From an uncultured Pseudomonadota bacterium (GTDB taxonomy: Bacteria; Pseudomonadota; Alphaproteobacteria; UBA9219): a DNA stretch of 64,000 nt. Shown piece by piece: positions 48,346 through 58,514 of the stretch. A model generated the notes under the pieces. It was given only the letters and a program-made list of their open reading frames with translations. It ran no database searches and was not told the DNA's origin. Position 1 is the stretch's first letter; each line of letters starts with the position of its first letter. A program made the translations under genes and the position numbers. Location of the stretch: positions 44,977 to 108,976 of the forward strand of contig CAIXHP010000032.1 of NCBI GenBank assembly GCA_903919315.1, in the 5' to 3' direction.

Positions 48346-49830
48346 TTAGAATTGCAGCCGGAACTGCGCCAGAACCGCGAAGATGCGAAGCTGGTTGATG
48401 TAATCCGGCGCGAACAGGACATCGAGCCTGTTCGGATCGGTCGTCGGACGCTCGACGATCAACGCCGCCTTAAAGGCGTTCGCATTCTCGACGATGCCGT
48501 TCTCCTCAAGATCGCGGTAAGCGGCGATCAACTCGCCCTTGACGATCGACGGCGTGACAATCGCCGATCCCTCGCCGAAGCGCGTTCCGTCGTTTGCCAG
48601 CTTATGTCGCGCATATTTGCTTGTGATGCGTTGGCGCAGATAACGAAGCACATATGTACTTGTGTGCAACGTTTCGCTGTCAAGATACGATGGATCGGAT
48701 TGGCCCCATGTGTTTTTCTGGTACGTCGTGACCGCGCGCTCAATCCGCACGGCGCCGCCGCCGAAGTAGCTGGTCGCCACGCCGTAATTTAACAGCGATT
48801 GACGTTCCGTGAGAGTAAAGCGTTGTCCGGCCAGGGCAGGCAACACATTTGTGAGTTCGCCCGTTTGCGTCGGACGCGCCGGATCGGCCTTGATATATAC
48901 CGCGTTCCGCGCGCCGTAGGCGGCGGCGTACTCCCAGCACGGCGTGGGCACGTTGGCTTCGATCGCCGCCACGGTGGCATGCTGATCATTGCGAGCGCCC
49001 CCGAACGTCGTCAGCGCCGACAATATCCCGCGCTTGGCGCTGTACACATGGCCGTAAACTTGCCGCGCGTACGACCAGCGCCCGGCCGTGTCGTTCATTT
49101 CCGTCTTAAGCGCGTCAAGGCTCGTCGTGTCGGTGAAGGGCATAACGACAAAATCATATTCATCGTCGCCCATCGCCGCGATGGCCGTAGTGAGAACCGG
49201 AGCGCCCGTGCCGCTGGCCATAGCGGTAATGGTGGGCGTAATGCCCGCCGGCGTGATTTCATTGCCTGCAGCGCCGCGATAATTGGAAATGATCGTGATA
49301 TCGTTGCCGGTATCGCCTTTCCACCGGCACGTCAAGGTGACGGTCGATGTGGCAACGGAAGCCGTAACCGGTAAATCGAGCGCCGCATTGACGGCGGCGG
49401 CGACAGCCGTCGCCACGGCTGTGGACGCATCGCCTGAGGCGACCGCCGTTTGCACGCGCTGGCCGGCAATCCATAGTGATAGCGTTCCTGCCGCCGTGGC
49501 CGTTCCGGCGAACGCAATGGTTCCGGTGGCGACCACGCCAGCGGGGGGTTCATCGAGCGGCATCAGCCAGATTTCGCCAAGAAGATCGTTCGCGCGATAA
49601 AAATTGAACATACGCGCCAGCATGGAGCCGCGACCGCAAAGCGCAATCGCGTTGCTTTCGCTCGCCACGATGACGGGCTTGTTGGCGATTCCTGTCCCCG
49701 CAGCCAATTTCTGGCCGACCAACAACGCGCGTTGCGAGACCTGAAAATAGCCTGCCGCGCTATTGTCCATTTCGGCGTAAAAGAGCGGGACGCGAAGATT
49801 CTGCGGGATGTTGTTAAACGGAACGGTCAT
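48346..49830 (-). CDS. Tail sheath protein (Mu gpL-like)
   Basis: IP.NLRVPLFYAEMDNS, GRGSMLARM, DPARP, NQLRIFA. Confidence 0.95.
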   Translation of the reverse strand: MTVPFNNIPQNLRVPLFYAEMDNSAAGYFQVSQRALLVGQKLAAGTGIANKPVIVASESNAIALCGRGSMLARMFNFYRANDLLGEIWLMPLDEPPAGVVATGTIAFAGTATAAGTLSLWIAGQRVQTAVASGDASTAVATAVAAAVNAALDLPVTASVATSTVTLTCRWKGDTGNDITIISNYRGAAGNEITPAGITPTITAMASGTGAPVLTTAIAAMGDDEYDFVVMPFTDTTSLDALKTEMNDTAGRWSYARQVYGHVYSAKRGILSALTTFGGARNDQHATVAAIEANVPTPCWEYAAAYGARNAVYIKADPARPTQTGELTNVLPALAGQRFTLTERQSLLNYGVATSYFGGGAVRIERAVTTYQKNTWGQSDPSYLDSETLHTSTYVLRYLRQRITSKYARHKLANDGTRFGEGSAIVTPSIVKGELIAAYRDLEENGIVENANAFKAALIVERPTTDPNRLDVLFAPDYINQLRIFAVLAQFRLQF

Positions 49831-49833
49831 GGC

Positions 49834-50040
49834 TTAGGCCTCCTCTTGACGGCTGCGACGGGTTGCGGGAGCGGGTTCGACTGAAGGTTCCGCGCTTTCG
49901 ACGGTAACCTCGACCACATCGCCATCAGCCAGACGGCGTAGCCAATAATTTGTCGGCTCGACGTTACGGCCTTCGGGCGGAAAAAGTCCGCCGCGTTCGG
50001 GATCGGGAACGTCACGTCCTTCGACAGGTTTGATTTTCAT
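49834..50040 (-). CDS. DUF2635 (Mu gp38-like) protein
   Basis: GRDVPDP..YWLRRLADGDV. Confidence 0.85.
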   Translation of the reverse strand: MKIKPVEGRDVPDPERGGLFPPEGRNVEPTNYWLRRLADGDVVEVTVESAEPSVEPAPATRRSRQEEA

Positions 50041-50051
50041 CGTTTTGCCTT

Positions 50052-50669
50052 TCAGGTTGTTGGAATGATGAGGCTCGCTTCATGCTCAATCCGCCCGTCC
50101 GGCCCAGGAGCGCCGCCCGCATAGCCTCCGTTCTCAGGATCGGTCACGGGCGGCGTGTTCGGATCGGCAGCGGGATCAATCATGTCGATGCGCACGTCGA
50201 TTTTCTCGAGGTTCGGCAACGCGGCAAGATCAAGACCTTGACGGCACACTGCCGTTTCGATGGAGGTTTTGGTTGAAAACTCAAAGCGATAGAACAACCG
50301 CGCGCGATCAAGTTTTATGGGCTCGCCGCCTTCGTAGTTGATGGGGTCGTAATCGCTCGAAGGCTGCCAGCCCAAAATCGCGCTCCACACGGCGGCGCGA
50401 AGGGCGTAAACATCGGTTTGCGCCGCTTGGCCGCGCTCATCGGCGCTGTTATCGACGACAACAAAGACGGCGAAGCGTTCCGTGAGCGTAAACCTAGATC
50501 CGGTCATGGTTTGATCGGACGCATCATCGCCCAAAGGCACGACCCAAGCCGCCGGCGCTGTGACGGAATCCTTCTCAAGCGCCTGGCCAAACTCGGCGGC
50601 GCCAGACACACGATTGCCGAATGCCGTCGCGCGGGCGCGCAACGCAGCGATGATAATGTTTGTATCCAT
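50052..50669 (-). CDS. Tail terminator or completion protein
   Basis: FGNRVSGAAEF, PAAWVVP, DERGQ, ILGWQP; position. Confidence 0.75.
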   Translation of the reverse strand: MDTNIIIAALRARATAFGNRVSGAAEFGQALEKDSVTAPAAWVVPLGDDASDQTMTGSRFTLTERFAVFVVVDNSADERGQAAQTDVYALRAAVWSAILGWQPSSDYDPINYEGGEPIKLDRARLFYRFEFSTKTSIETAVCRQGLDLAALPNLEKIDVRIDMIDPAADPNTPPVTDPENGGYAGGAPGPDGRIEHEASLIIPTT

Positions 50670-51151
50670 TAGGCCCCCAGAGCGTCTTTAACCGCCGCCG
50701 TTATCACGGCGCGGACGCGGGCGCTTTTGTTTTCTAGTGCGTCCGACATATAGTTACGGCGTGGAGCGACACGAAAAGCCGTATCAGCGGCGTGTTTCTT
50801 ATGGCTTTTCTTGCGCGACGCGGTGTGCACGCCGTAATGCAAAAAGTACGGATAAAATTCCTTACCGCCGAATGCGGAAGGTCGTTGCGGCCGCACGACA
50901 ACAAGAAAGCCCGGTTTGCTGACTTTGTAGGCGATTGATCTCGATAAAAAGCCCGAAACTGTCCCCGGATATTCGCCCGGATGGCTGCCGCCGCCATGCG
51001 CAACGAGCCCACGCGCCTCCTTTTGAACTTCCCTCCCAACGATGCCCATCGCCTTGCGGACGATTTTCTTTTCGAAAATGATTCCATCAGGGCTTGTAAC
51101 GCGTATGTTAACGTCTACAGACGCTTGATTTCCGGAAAGAGGAGAGCTCAT
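50669..51151 (-). CDS. HK97 gp10-like neck protein
   Basis: PGEYP..SG.L.RSI, FLHYG, APRRNYM. Confidence 0.7.
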   Translation of the reverse strand: MSSPLSGNQASVDVNIRVTSPDGIIFEKKIVRKAMGIVGREVQKEARGLVAHGGGSHPGEYPGTVSGFLSRSIAYKVSKPGFLVVVRPQRPSAFGGKEFYPYFLHYGVHTASRKKSHKKHAADTAFRVAPRRNYMSDALENKSARVRAVITAAVKDALGA

Positions 51152-51486
51152 GGCTGAATTTTCCCCAATTCTTCGACTTCGATGACCGTAAAGTGAAGCG
51201 CTTCGGCCATTTTATTGACGCGACGGATGCGAAACCGTTTATCGTCCCATTCGATGATATGCTGCGCCGTCACGTCCGCGCCCGTCCGGACGATAAAACG
51301 GTGCGTAACGGCCTCTCCGATTTGCTGCGCACCGTAATAAATCGCTCCGCCAACAGGATGGACGCAGGCCCAAACGAAAAGCGGTGCGCCATATTGAACG
51401 TCGCTTCCCATTTGGGCATTCGGCACGTCCTGCCATGTGCGAATGGCAATGCGCTTATTCAGGTCGCCTGCGCCGGGAACATTCAT
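51148..51486 (-). CDS. Head closure (head-tail adaptor) protein
   Basis: AGDLNKRI, VWA, VTHRFIVR. Confidence 0.82.
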   Translation of the reverse strand: MNVPGAGDLNKRIAIRTWQDVPNAQMGSDVQYGAPLFVWACVHPVGGAIYYGAQQIGEAVTHRFIVRTGADVTAQHIIEWDDKRFRIRRVNKMAEALHFTVIEVEELGKIQP

Positions 51487-52076
51487 GCGACCGCCGGAAC
51501 GATATAAGGATCGAGCAAACCATCGCTAAACCCGCGTGGGACAAACGACGCGACGCTTTTTTGCCCTATGACCCCAATTTCACGATGCGCGTAGAGCGTT
51601 CCGATCATGATTTTCATCCATGCCTTAATCGGCTCAGGCACCACTGACGCGCCAGCATACCCCGCCTGAAACGTAACGCAGACCGCGTTATCGACAACGC
51701 GGGTCGTGGGCCATAAAGTGCCGAAAGCAGGACGCATCGCCGTGAAAAAGCGGTCTCTTACAAGCGTATAAGCACCCTCATCCATTGTTTGCTGAACGCC
51801 CGTCGTATCGGCGTAAACGATGGACGTAAGGCTGATAAATGGCGGACGCGGCAAGCGGAGCGCGGCATCGTCGAGGGGAAAGCTTGGCAAAAACAATTGC
51901 CACGTTTGCGGCATCAGCGCTCGCGCCGTCCGCGCTTCCGCCGCTTGTCGCGCGGCAATGATCAAGGCGCTTAGCAACTCATCCTCATCCGATTCATCCA
52001 CGCGAAGATGCAGCTTCGCCTCGGCAATCGTAAGCGGTTCCGACGCAGGCGGAGCGCTGAGAACAAGCGTTGTCAT
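51483..52076 (-). CDS. Head-tail connector (gp6-like)
   Basis: EPLTIAEAKLHLRVD, AARQAAE..T.R, LYAHRE. Confidence 0.88.
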   Translation of the reverse strand: MTTLVLSAPPASEPLTIAEAKLHLRVDESDEDELLSALIIAARQAAEARTARALMPQTWQLFLPSFPLDDAALRLPRPPFISLTSIVYADTTGVQQTMDEGAYTLVRDRFFTAMRPAFGTLWPTTRVVDNAVCVTFQAGYAGASVVPEPIKAWMKIMIGTLYAHREIGVIGQKSVASFVPRGFSDGLLDPYIVPAVA

Positions 52077-52084
52077 GGCTCGCC

Positions 52085-52324
52085 TTATTGGTCGACGCTG
52101 GGGTCAGCGGTGATCGCGTCCTGCGTGGCTTTCAATTTGACAGCGATAGCTCCGCCCTTCTTTTTGAATTCGACGGCATCAGAATTGTCGTCAGCCAAGC
52201 CTGCCTCGACGAGCGCGGCAATAACCGACGCTTCGCCCTCGACAAGATCATCGCATTTTCCAACATACGAATCGACCAGCAAGCGCGCCGTGACGAGCGT
52301 GGCATCATTCTTTGCTTTCGCCAT
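52085..52324 (-). CDS. Small hypothetical protein after the capsid gene
   Basis: AGGAG RBS before ATG 52324. Confidence 0.6.
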   Translation of the reverse strand: MAKAKNDATLVTARLLVDSYVGKCDDLVEGEASVIAALVEAGLADDNSDAVEFKKKGGAIAVKLKATQDAITADPSVDQ

Positions 52325-52356
52325 GATCTTCTCCTTGTAAAAAAGTTTGGAAGTGA

Positions 52357-52390
52357 AAAGGGGCGAGGCCATTTCTTGCCCCGCCCCTTC
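52357..52390 (-). terminator. Hairpin or terminator after the major capsid gene
   Basis: AAGGGGCG...CGCCCCTT followed by TT on the minus strand. Confidence 0.55.
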
Positions 52391-52417
52391 CATTCTCAGG
52401 GGGATAAGACGCTGAGA

Positions 52418-53641
52418 TTAGGTAGCGGAGTTCTGGTAGTATTTGACGCCACCGCCGACATCGACGTAATTGCCGCCATTGCGCGAGAACATCAGGAAAC
52501 CGACCTGACCGTTCTTTGCATAAGCGGAATCCGTGAAGCGGAAGAAGCTGTACGCCAGAGCGTCGCGGATCATGTAGAAGCTGAAATCGCCAAACAGGAT
52601 CGACTTTGCGTTCGCGGCCATCACGGCGACATCCTGATTGATCGCAACCGGGAAGCCGAGAATCGTGTTGGCCATCGGCCCCACAATCCCGTCATAGCCC
52701 GGCAGGAAGACCGGACGGCCCGCCGTGTCTTTCAGCTTACGGACGACCTTCAGCGATGCGTCGTTCATCATAAACCGGCACCGATTAAGGGCGCGGTAGG
52801 CTGGATCAACGGAATGGACGAGGTCGATCAAATCGTCAAAGATGACCGTGGTCGTTTGGCCCGTCGTGCCGACTTTGCCGGACGCGGCCGCCGTCACGAT
52901 GCCGCGCGGTTCGCTTGTGCCGGTGCCAACCGTAAACTTTGTGTTGGTAATACGACCCAAGCGTTGCACAAGACGATTGCGAATGAACGCTTCGATATCG
53001 ACGGACGAATCCTGCAACAATTCAAAAGGCACGGTAACCGGCTTTGAGCTGTATTTGTAGGTATTCAACGCAACGGAACCAAAAACGATGTCGGCGGACG
53101 CGGCGACAGCCGTGTTTTCCGCGACCTGTTCGCCGGTTTCCGAAGTACCGTCCGAGGTCGGATAGTTCATCGGGTTTCCGGCCTCGGTTTGCAGCACGGT
53201 TGATACCTCGCGCATTCCGCCGAACGTCTTGAGCGCATCGGCAATGGCCTTCGCGACTTCCGTTTGCACGGTGAAACCGCCTTCGGAACCTGTCGTCGTG
53301 CTCATCGTGTTGCGGATCTGCGCCCAATCATCATTGGTCATCACCTGATCGCCGCCCCGCAGCCATTTAGCAAAAAGCTTCGCCGCCGGCGCTTTGCCGT
53401 CACGCTCCATGCGATTTGCCGCTTCTGTGACATGGGATTCCAGCTTTTCGTCCGCCATGCGCTCATGCAAAGCCTGAATGCGGCCGATTTGAGACGAAAG
53501 ATCGTCAAGAGCCTTCATGCCCTCGTCGTATTGGGCCTGAAGGGCGTTGTTCCACGTCTCTTTGCCTTGTTCGTTCAAAAGCTCGTGAAGCTTTTTTGCC
53601 TGGGCGGCATGCCGCTCGCGCAGCGCCTGAATGCTTTTCAT
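52418..53641 (-). CDS. HK97-family major capsid protein
   Basis: Coiled-coil delta domain, EGGFTV, ELLQDS, GTG..PRGI, FGDFS. Confidence 0.95.
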   Translation of the reverse strand: MKSIQALRERHAAQAKKLHELLNEQGKETWNNALQAQYDEGMKALDDLSSQIGRIQALHERMADEKLESHVTEAANRMERDGKAPAAKLFAKWLRGGDQVMTNDDWAQIRNTMSTTTGSEGGFTVQTEVAKAIADALKTFGGMREVSTVLQTEAGNPMNYPTSDGTSETGEQVAENTAVAASADIVFGSVALNTYKYSSKPVTVPFELLQDSSVDIEAFIRNRLVQRLGRITNTKFTVGTGTSEPRGIVTAAASGKVGTTGQTTTVIFDDLIDLVHSVDPAYRALNRCRFMMNDASLKVVRKLKDTAGRPVFLPGYDGIVGPMANTILGFPVAINQDVAVMAANAKSILFGDFSFYMIRDALAYSFFRFTDSAYAKNGQVGFLMFSRNGGNYVDVGGGVKYYQNSAT

Positions 53642-53699
53642 GGTAACTCCGTTTTTTAGGGTTATGCCGCGTTCGCGGGGGTTCTGCTGGCGCTGACGC

Positions 53700-54443
53700 T
53701 CAGGCAGCTTTTTCGACGATCCGCAGTTTCCGGCGGAGAGCGTCAATATCGGGAAGTGCTTTTTCTTCAGTCGTTGCGGCCACAGGCGCGGCTTCCGGCG
53801 CTACGCTTTCCGGCGCGTGTGCGTATGCGCTCATATCCCAGTTTGCCTTATTCTTTGGCGCGTCCTCGGCGATTTTGTCGGCGAAACCGTTGTCAACGGA
53901 TTCTTGTGCCGAAAACCACGTTTCCTCCGCCATCCAATCCGCAATAAGCGCGGGCGCTTTTCCCGTGCGGTAAGCGTAAGTTTGCACCAGCGTGCCATCA
54001 AGCTTTTCAAGGAGCGAAGCGACGCTCAAAAGATCATCGGCATTGCCTACAGCGATTGTCCACGCCTTGTGGATCATGAAAAAACCGCCCTTGGCGATCA
54101 CGATTTCATCCGCTGACATCGCCAGAAAGCTCGCGGCGCTAGCCGCATAGCCGTCGATATGCGCAATAACCTTTCCGGAATACTCGCGCAAAGCCTGTTC
54201 CATCGCGCGCGCGGCGAAAACATCGCCACCGGGGCTATTGATGCGCAAATGAAGAACGGGCGCGGTCGTGGTCTTGATCGTTTTAACGAAGGATTCCGCC
54301 GAAACGCCGCCCCATATCTCCGCGTCGAGATCGGTTGCCACGATCATGTCATAAATGTAGAGCGTATCCGCCGCGTCATTTTTTTCGGCGCGAAAGAAGC
54401 CGGAGCGACGGTTATCCGCCAGAAGCTTGAGCATTGGGCGCAT
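53700..54443 (-). CDS. ClpP-type prohead protease
   Basis: RINSPGGDVF, DGYAASAAS, FMIH, ETWF.A. Confidence 0.92.
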   Translation of the reverse strand: MRPMLKLLADNRRSGFFRAEKNDAADTLYIYDMIVATDLDAEIWGGVSAESFVKTIKTTTAPVLHLRINSPGGDVFAARAMEQALREYSGKVIAHIDGYAASAASFLAMSADEIVIAKGGFFMIHKAWTIAVGNADDLLSVASLLEKLDGTLVQTYAYRTGKAPALIADWMAEETWFSAQESVDNGFADKIAEDAPKNKANWDMSAYAHAPESVAPEAAPVAATTEEKALPDIDALRRKLRIVEKAA

Positions 54444-55677
54444 TGTTGTCCCCTTTGTTGAGAATGTCGCCGCCATCGATCGGCGGAAGGTTTTCAAGTT
54501 TCCGAACCTCGTTCACCGTCATAAATCCGGGCTCTCCCGCACGTCCGATCGACATGCGATGCGCTTCATAACGACTTTTGAGGTCGCCGCGCTCGATGCC
54601 TGCGGTCGTGAATTCGGCGAAGATGTCTTTGTCGCGAAGCGCTTTTCGGTTGATTTCCTGCTCAAACTTTCGCAAATGGCGCATGATCGTATATTTGACA
54701 AAACCGATGGACATATTTTCGACGCCGCTTCCAAAGCTCGTCGTTTTTTCGGTCATGCCGATCATAAACGGCGGGACACCAAAAATGCGCGCTATGTCCT
54801 CGATCTGAAATTGCCGCGTCGCGATAAGCTGCGCATCTTCGGCTTTCATCGTCAGTTCTTTCAGATTAAGCCCTCCTGTCAACAGAGCGGGCTTGTGCGA
54901 GTTCGACGCGCCGCCATGGATTTGGCTCCACAACTCGCGTATTTCCTCTTTCTGTTCCATGGTCATCTCGGCGGCATCGGGCGCCGTCAGGACAAAATCA
55001 GGGCGCGCTCCGTTGGCGAAGAAATGCGACGTGTGATCGTCAGCAGCCAGGGCGATTCCTGCCGAATTACGCAGCGCGTGTTGCAATGGTGTTCTTCCGC
55101 GCAAGCCGTTGAAACCGAGACCGGGGATGTGCAGCACGTCATCCTGATCAAGCACAAAGCGTTGGTCGCTCAGTGGATCGTTAAAAAGATATTTCATCCG
55201 CCCGTTTTCGCGCCGAACCTCGACGTTGGAGGGATGCCATGGCTCAAAGCCAATGATTTTCGGGCTCATCGAACTTTGACGCACGATGCGCGCGAAGGCG
55301 TCGCCTTGCAGCAACAGCGATGTCGTCAGATATTCCCAAAATGTCGCCGCCGTGCAAGCCGGCGAAGGCTCTCGGTTCAAAAGCCACCACAAGTCGTGAT
55401 CGGTCGCTTCGCGTCCTGTTGTTGTTTGACGAAAAATCGGCAACGGCATGCAAGAAACCGCGCCTGAGATCAGACCGACGCAGGCATAAACGGCCGAAAC
55501 GCACATTGCCGTGCGTTCGTTCACGACATAACCGCTTGGCGCTGTTGTTGCAAAACTGAAAACGTCCGCGAGAGATTGCGAAATGACGGCCTGATTTTTC
55601 ACGTCTGGAACGTCATGCGCAGGCTTCTCCCCGCGCGTTCCAAAAATTCCGCGCATTTTGTTGAGCATGTTGGCCAT
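54412..55677 (-). CDS. HK97-type portal protein
   Basis: SAVYACV, VLHI.G..FNGL.G, FFANGA.P, IARIFGVPP, NEVR..ENLPP. Confidence 0.95.
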   Translation of the reverse strand: MANMLNKMRGIFGTRGEKPAHDVPDVKNQAVISQSLADVFSFATTAPSGYVVNERTAMCVSAVYACVGLISGAVSCMPLPIFRQTTTGREATDHDLWWLLNREPSPACTAATFWEYLTTSLLLQGDAFARIVRQSSMSPKIIGFEPWHPSNVEVRRENGRMKYLFNDPLSDQRFVLDQDDVLHIPGLGFNGLRGRTPLQHALRNSAGIALAADDHTSHFFANGARPDFVLTAPDAAEMTMEQKEEIRELWSQIHGGASNSHKPALLTGGLNLKELTMKAEDAQLIATRQFQIEDIARIFGVPPFMIGMTEKTTSFGSGVENMSIGFVKYTIMRHLRKFEQEINRKALRDKDIFAEFTTAGIERGDLKSRYEAHRMSIGRAGEPGFMTVNEVRKLENLPPIDGGDILNKGDNNAPNAQASGG

Positions 55678-57317
55678 CACAGGATCACAATCCCCGGTAC
55701 GGGTTTCGGTTTTGGCGAGTCGCCTGCGGTCGCGCGCCCTAGCGCCATAATCAGCGCCACGATCCCATCGATACGATCCGGCGACCTCGCTTTGTCCGGC
55801 TTGATGTTACCGCCCTCATCATTTTTTTTGGCCACGTTAGCCGCATTCCAACGCGCGATTGGATGGCCGCCGTGATACAGTTTGTTGCCGGCTATCACCA
55901 TGCGTTCAAGTTCCGCCGAGGGCGAAGCCATTGACAAAAAGCCCTGCCCAAACTGGGTAAGGTGGATGCCTTCTTCCATCAGGTTGTTGACAATCTCGCC
56001 TGCAAAAGTCCTGTCGTAGGCGAGTTCGATAAGATCATACTGGCTGGCGACGTTGAGAATTTCTTTCTCAACATATTTGAAATCCGTCGTATCGCCCGGC
56101 GTGGCCGTAATGAAGCCGTGGTCGCGCCAAATGTTGTAAGGCACGCGATCACGTTTTGAGCGTTCGCGGATGTTTTCTTCGGGACACCAAAACCAAAACA
56201 GGACAATCCATTTTTCGTCGTCGTTAAGCGGGGGGAACAACAACGCGAGCGCCGTGAGGTCGGACACGCGCGCCAGATCAAGGCCACCGAAACAACGCCG
56301 TCCGCGAAGTTTTTCTTTTAGTTCTTCAAGACCCCCTTTGACTTCTTCAAGCGGCGTATCGCGGTGCGGGCCTCCAAGGTTCCATTTTTCAATCGGTAGC
56401 CACCGCTTCACACTTTCAACCCAGACATTCAAATGCAGACGCAAAAACGTATCCAAATAGCTCGGCTGGCTCTTGCACTTTTCGACCTGCTTTTGCATAT
56501 AGTCGATATTGATCGACTTCCCAAGGTTCGGATTTGCTTTTTCCCAGACGCGAGGGTCTTTGTGGTCGTCTTCTTTATCGGCGGCGTAGATGACGGGAAG
56601 GAATTCATCATCAGGAATAACTTTGTCGCGCACTTGCTCGGCGTGACGGTGCTGGTCATAACAAATTGAATGCTTATCCGTTCCTGCCGTCGTGATGATG
56701 ACTTCAAGTGGCTGCGACCGCGCCCCGGTCGACGTGTGCATGACGTCAAAGAGCATTCGATCTCTGAACGCGTGGAACTCATCATAAATGATCCCGCTCG
56801 CGCTCAACCCATCCTTGTTGCCGTAATCAGAGGAAAGAACCTTGTAACTCTGACCGTATTTTTGATTGAAGATGCTTAACTTACTTGCCAGCGTGCGATC
56901 GACCAGTGATGGCGAAAGTTTGCGCATCCGCACCGCTTCATTAAAGCAGATGCCAGCTTGATCCTTTCCATTTGCAACAGAATAAACTTCGGCGCCAGCC
57001 TCGCAGTCGCAGAAGGTCAGATAAAGGGCAATTCCGGCCGCAAGCTGCGTTTTTCCGTTCTTGCGGGGAATCTCAATGTAGACGATGCGAAATCTTCGCG
57101 TTCCGTCACTTCTTCTTTTCCATCCGAATATGGCTCGCACAAGGCTTTGCTGCCATGGCTCTAGGGAAAACGGCTGTCCGCTCCATTTTCCTTTTGTGTG
57201 TTTAAGGTAGCGTGGGAAAAACGCGCAGGCACGCGCGGCGGCAGACTCATCGAAATAGTGTTCATCGGTCGCCGTTTCACGCGCCCATACTTCGGCATCG
57301 AAAATTGATTCCGTCAT
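55677..57317 (-). CDS. Terminase large subunit
   Basis: LEPWQ, IPRKNGKT, DEFH, ITTAG, GGLDL, IDGIVA. Confidence 0.96.
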   Translation of the reverse strand: MTESIFDAEVWARETATDEHYFDESAAARACAFFPRYLKHTKGKWSGQPFSLEPWQQSLVRAIFGWKRRSDGTRRFRIVYIEIPRKNGKTQLAAGIALYLTFCDCEAGAEVYSVANGKDQAGICFNEAVRMRKLSPSLVDRTLASKLSIFNQKYGQSYKVLSSDYGNKDGLSASGIIYDEFHAFRDRMLFDVMHTSTGARSQPLEVIITTAGTDKHSICYDQHRHAEQVRDKVIPDDEFLPVIYAADKEDDHKDPRVWEKANPNLGKSINIDYMQKQVEKCKSQPSYLDTFLRLHLNVWVESVKRWLPIEKWNLGGPHRDTPLEEVKGGLEELKEKLRGRRCFGGLDLARVSDLTALALLFPPLNDDEKWIVLFWFWCPEENIRERSKRDRVPYNIWRDHGFITATPGDTTDFKYVEKEILNVASQYDLIELAYDRTFAGEIVNNLMEEGIHLTQFGQGFLSMASPSAELERMVIAGNKLYHGGHPIARWNAANVAKKNDEGGNIKPDKARSPDRIDGIVALIMALGRATAGDSPKPKPVPGIVIL

Positions 57318-57322
57318 GGCGA

Positions 57323-57856
57323 TTAGTGGCGAACGGCGAAATCAAAGTAACTTTCATCCGAGAACGGCCCCTCAGGCATCTTCGGCTTATTCGGATCGAC
57401 CGATTCTTTATCAGTGCCAGGCAAAACAAGTTGACGCGGATCGGATGACATTTGCGAAGCGACGCGCGTTCGCGCCGACGGCGTAAGTCCGAACTCGATT
57501 AGATACTGGCGCATAAGGCGCAGGCTGTCGTTTTTCATCTGCACAGACGGGTTTTTCTTAAACAGACCGTTGACCTTTTGCACGCGCCCGTACTTTTTGA
57601 TGTGCTCTTGCGCCGCATAATAGTCGGACAGACATTCGCAGTAGGCGATGAACGCTGTCCGGTCGATTTTCGTCAACAGCCCGATCTTGTCGAGCTGGGG
57701 CGCAAGTCGATCCCATTCATCGCTCGCGATTTTCGTAAGTCCTTTCGGCTTTTCCGGAAGGCCGATATCGGGACGCGGCTCGTCTTTAGGTAAAGCTCTT
57801 TTTCCCGGATTTCCTGCAAGCTCTTTAAGCGCCGTTGGCTTTGCTTTTCTACCCAT
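57323..57856 (-). CDS. Terminase small subunit (P27 family)
   Basis: KPTALK.L.GNPGKR, EW.R, KNP, EFGLTPSAR. Confidence 0.92.
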   Translation of the reverse strand: MGRKAKPTALKELAGNPGKRALPKDEPRPDIGLPEKPKGLTKIASDEWDRLAPQLDKIGLLTKIDRTAFIAYCECLSDYYAAQEHIKKYGRVQKVNGLFKKNPSVQMKNDSLRLMRQYLIEFGLTPSARTRVASQMSSDPRQLVLPGTDKESVDPNKPKMPEGPFSDESYFDFAVRH

Positions 57857-57894
57857 ACGTCACAAACATCATTGTCTGATGTCCAAAAAAAGTT

Positions 57895-57975
57895 TTCTCG
57901 ATTTCGCGGCGATGCGCGTGGTACTGGACACGCGGTCTAGAAGACGAAGGCGCCAGACTTTTTGCCCCCCCCCTA
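57895..57975 (-). other. Probable cos packaging region
   Basis: Between HNH and terS; G-run then CAAAAAGTCTGG...AGACCG...CGCGAAAT, resembling HK97-type cos regions; cut site not determined. Confidence 0.45.
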
Positions 57976-58383
57976 CCCTTCGATGGGGTAGCCTTCGGGC
58001 GTACACCCAAGGCTTGCGCGTCCTGATTTTTCGAGCCTCTGTTTGTACGAGTTGTGGCAGTTCGCGCAAAGCGACTGCCAGTTTTTACTATCCCAAAAGA
58101 GTTTCATGTCTCCGCGATGCGGTGCGATGTGATCGACAACATGCGCTTCGGCAACGCGCCCACGCTTTTGGCAAGGCAAGCAGAGCGGATGCTTGCGCAA
58201 GAAAGCGGCGCGGGCCTTTTGCCAGGCATAACCATAACCGCGATCGATAGGTGATCCGCGCTTACTATCGCTCTCCTTCCGCCGTGCCCGCTCTGCATCA
58301 ACAGCATGACGCTCACAATACCGACCGTCCGCCAGATCGCCGCAGCCGGGATGGCGGCAAGGTCTCTTAGGTTTCCACGGCAT
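57973..58383 (-). CDS. HNH endonuclease (packaging-associated)
   Basis: PCRHPGC, HPLC..C, VVDHIAPH.GD, NWQSLC..CHN. Confidence 0.9.
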   Translation of the reverse strand: MPWKPKRPCRHPGCGDLADGRYCERHAVDAERARRKESDSKRGSPIDRGYGYAWQKARAAFLRKHPLCLPCQKRGRVAEAHVVDHIAPHRGDMKLFWDSKNWQSLCANCHNSYKQRLEKSGRASLGCTPEGYPIEG

Positions 58384-58406
58384 GGCGCGATCATCTTCTG
58401 GATTTG

Positions 58407-58446
58407 AAAAACAAAAAGCCGCGCAGAACGTATCTGTGCGGCTTTC
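58407..58446 (-). terminator. Intrinsic terminator ahead of the late operon
   Basis: AAAGCCGCACAGA-N5-TCTGCGCGGCTTT then TTGTTTTT on the minus strand. Confidence 0.65.
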
Positions 58447-58514
58447 TTGATGATCTAAAACCGCTCTTGACGCGGCTTCGCTTAGCATGACGTTTCTAGG
58501 TTAAAAAACGTGAC

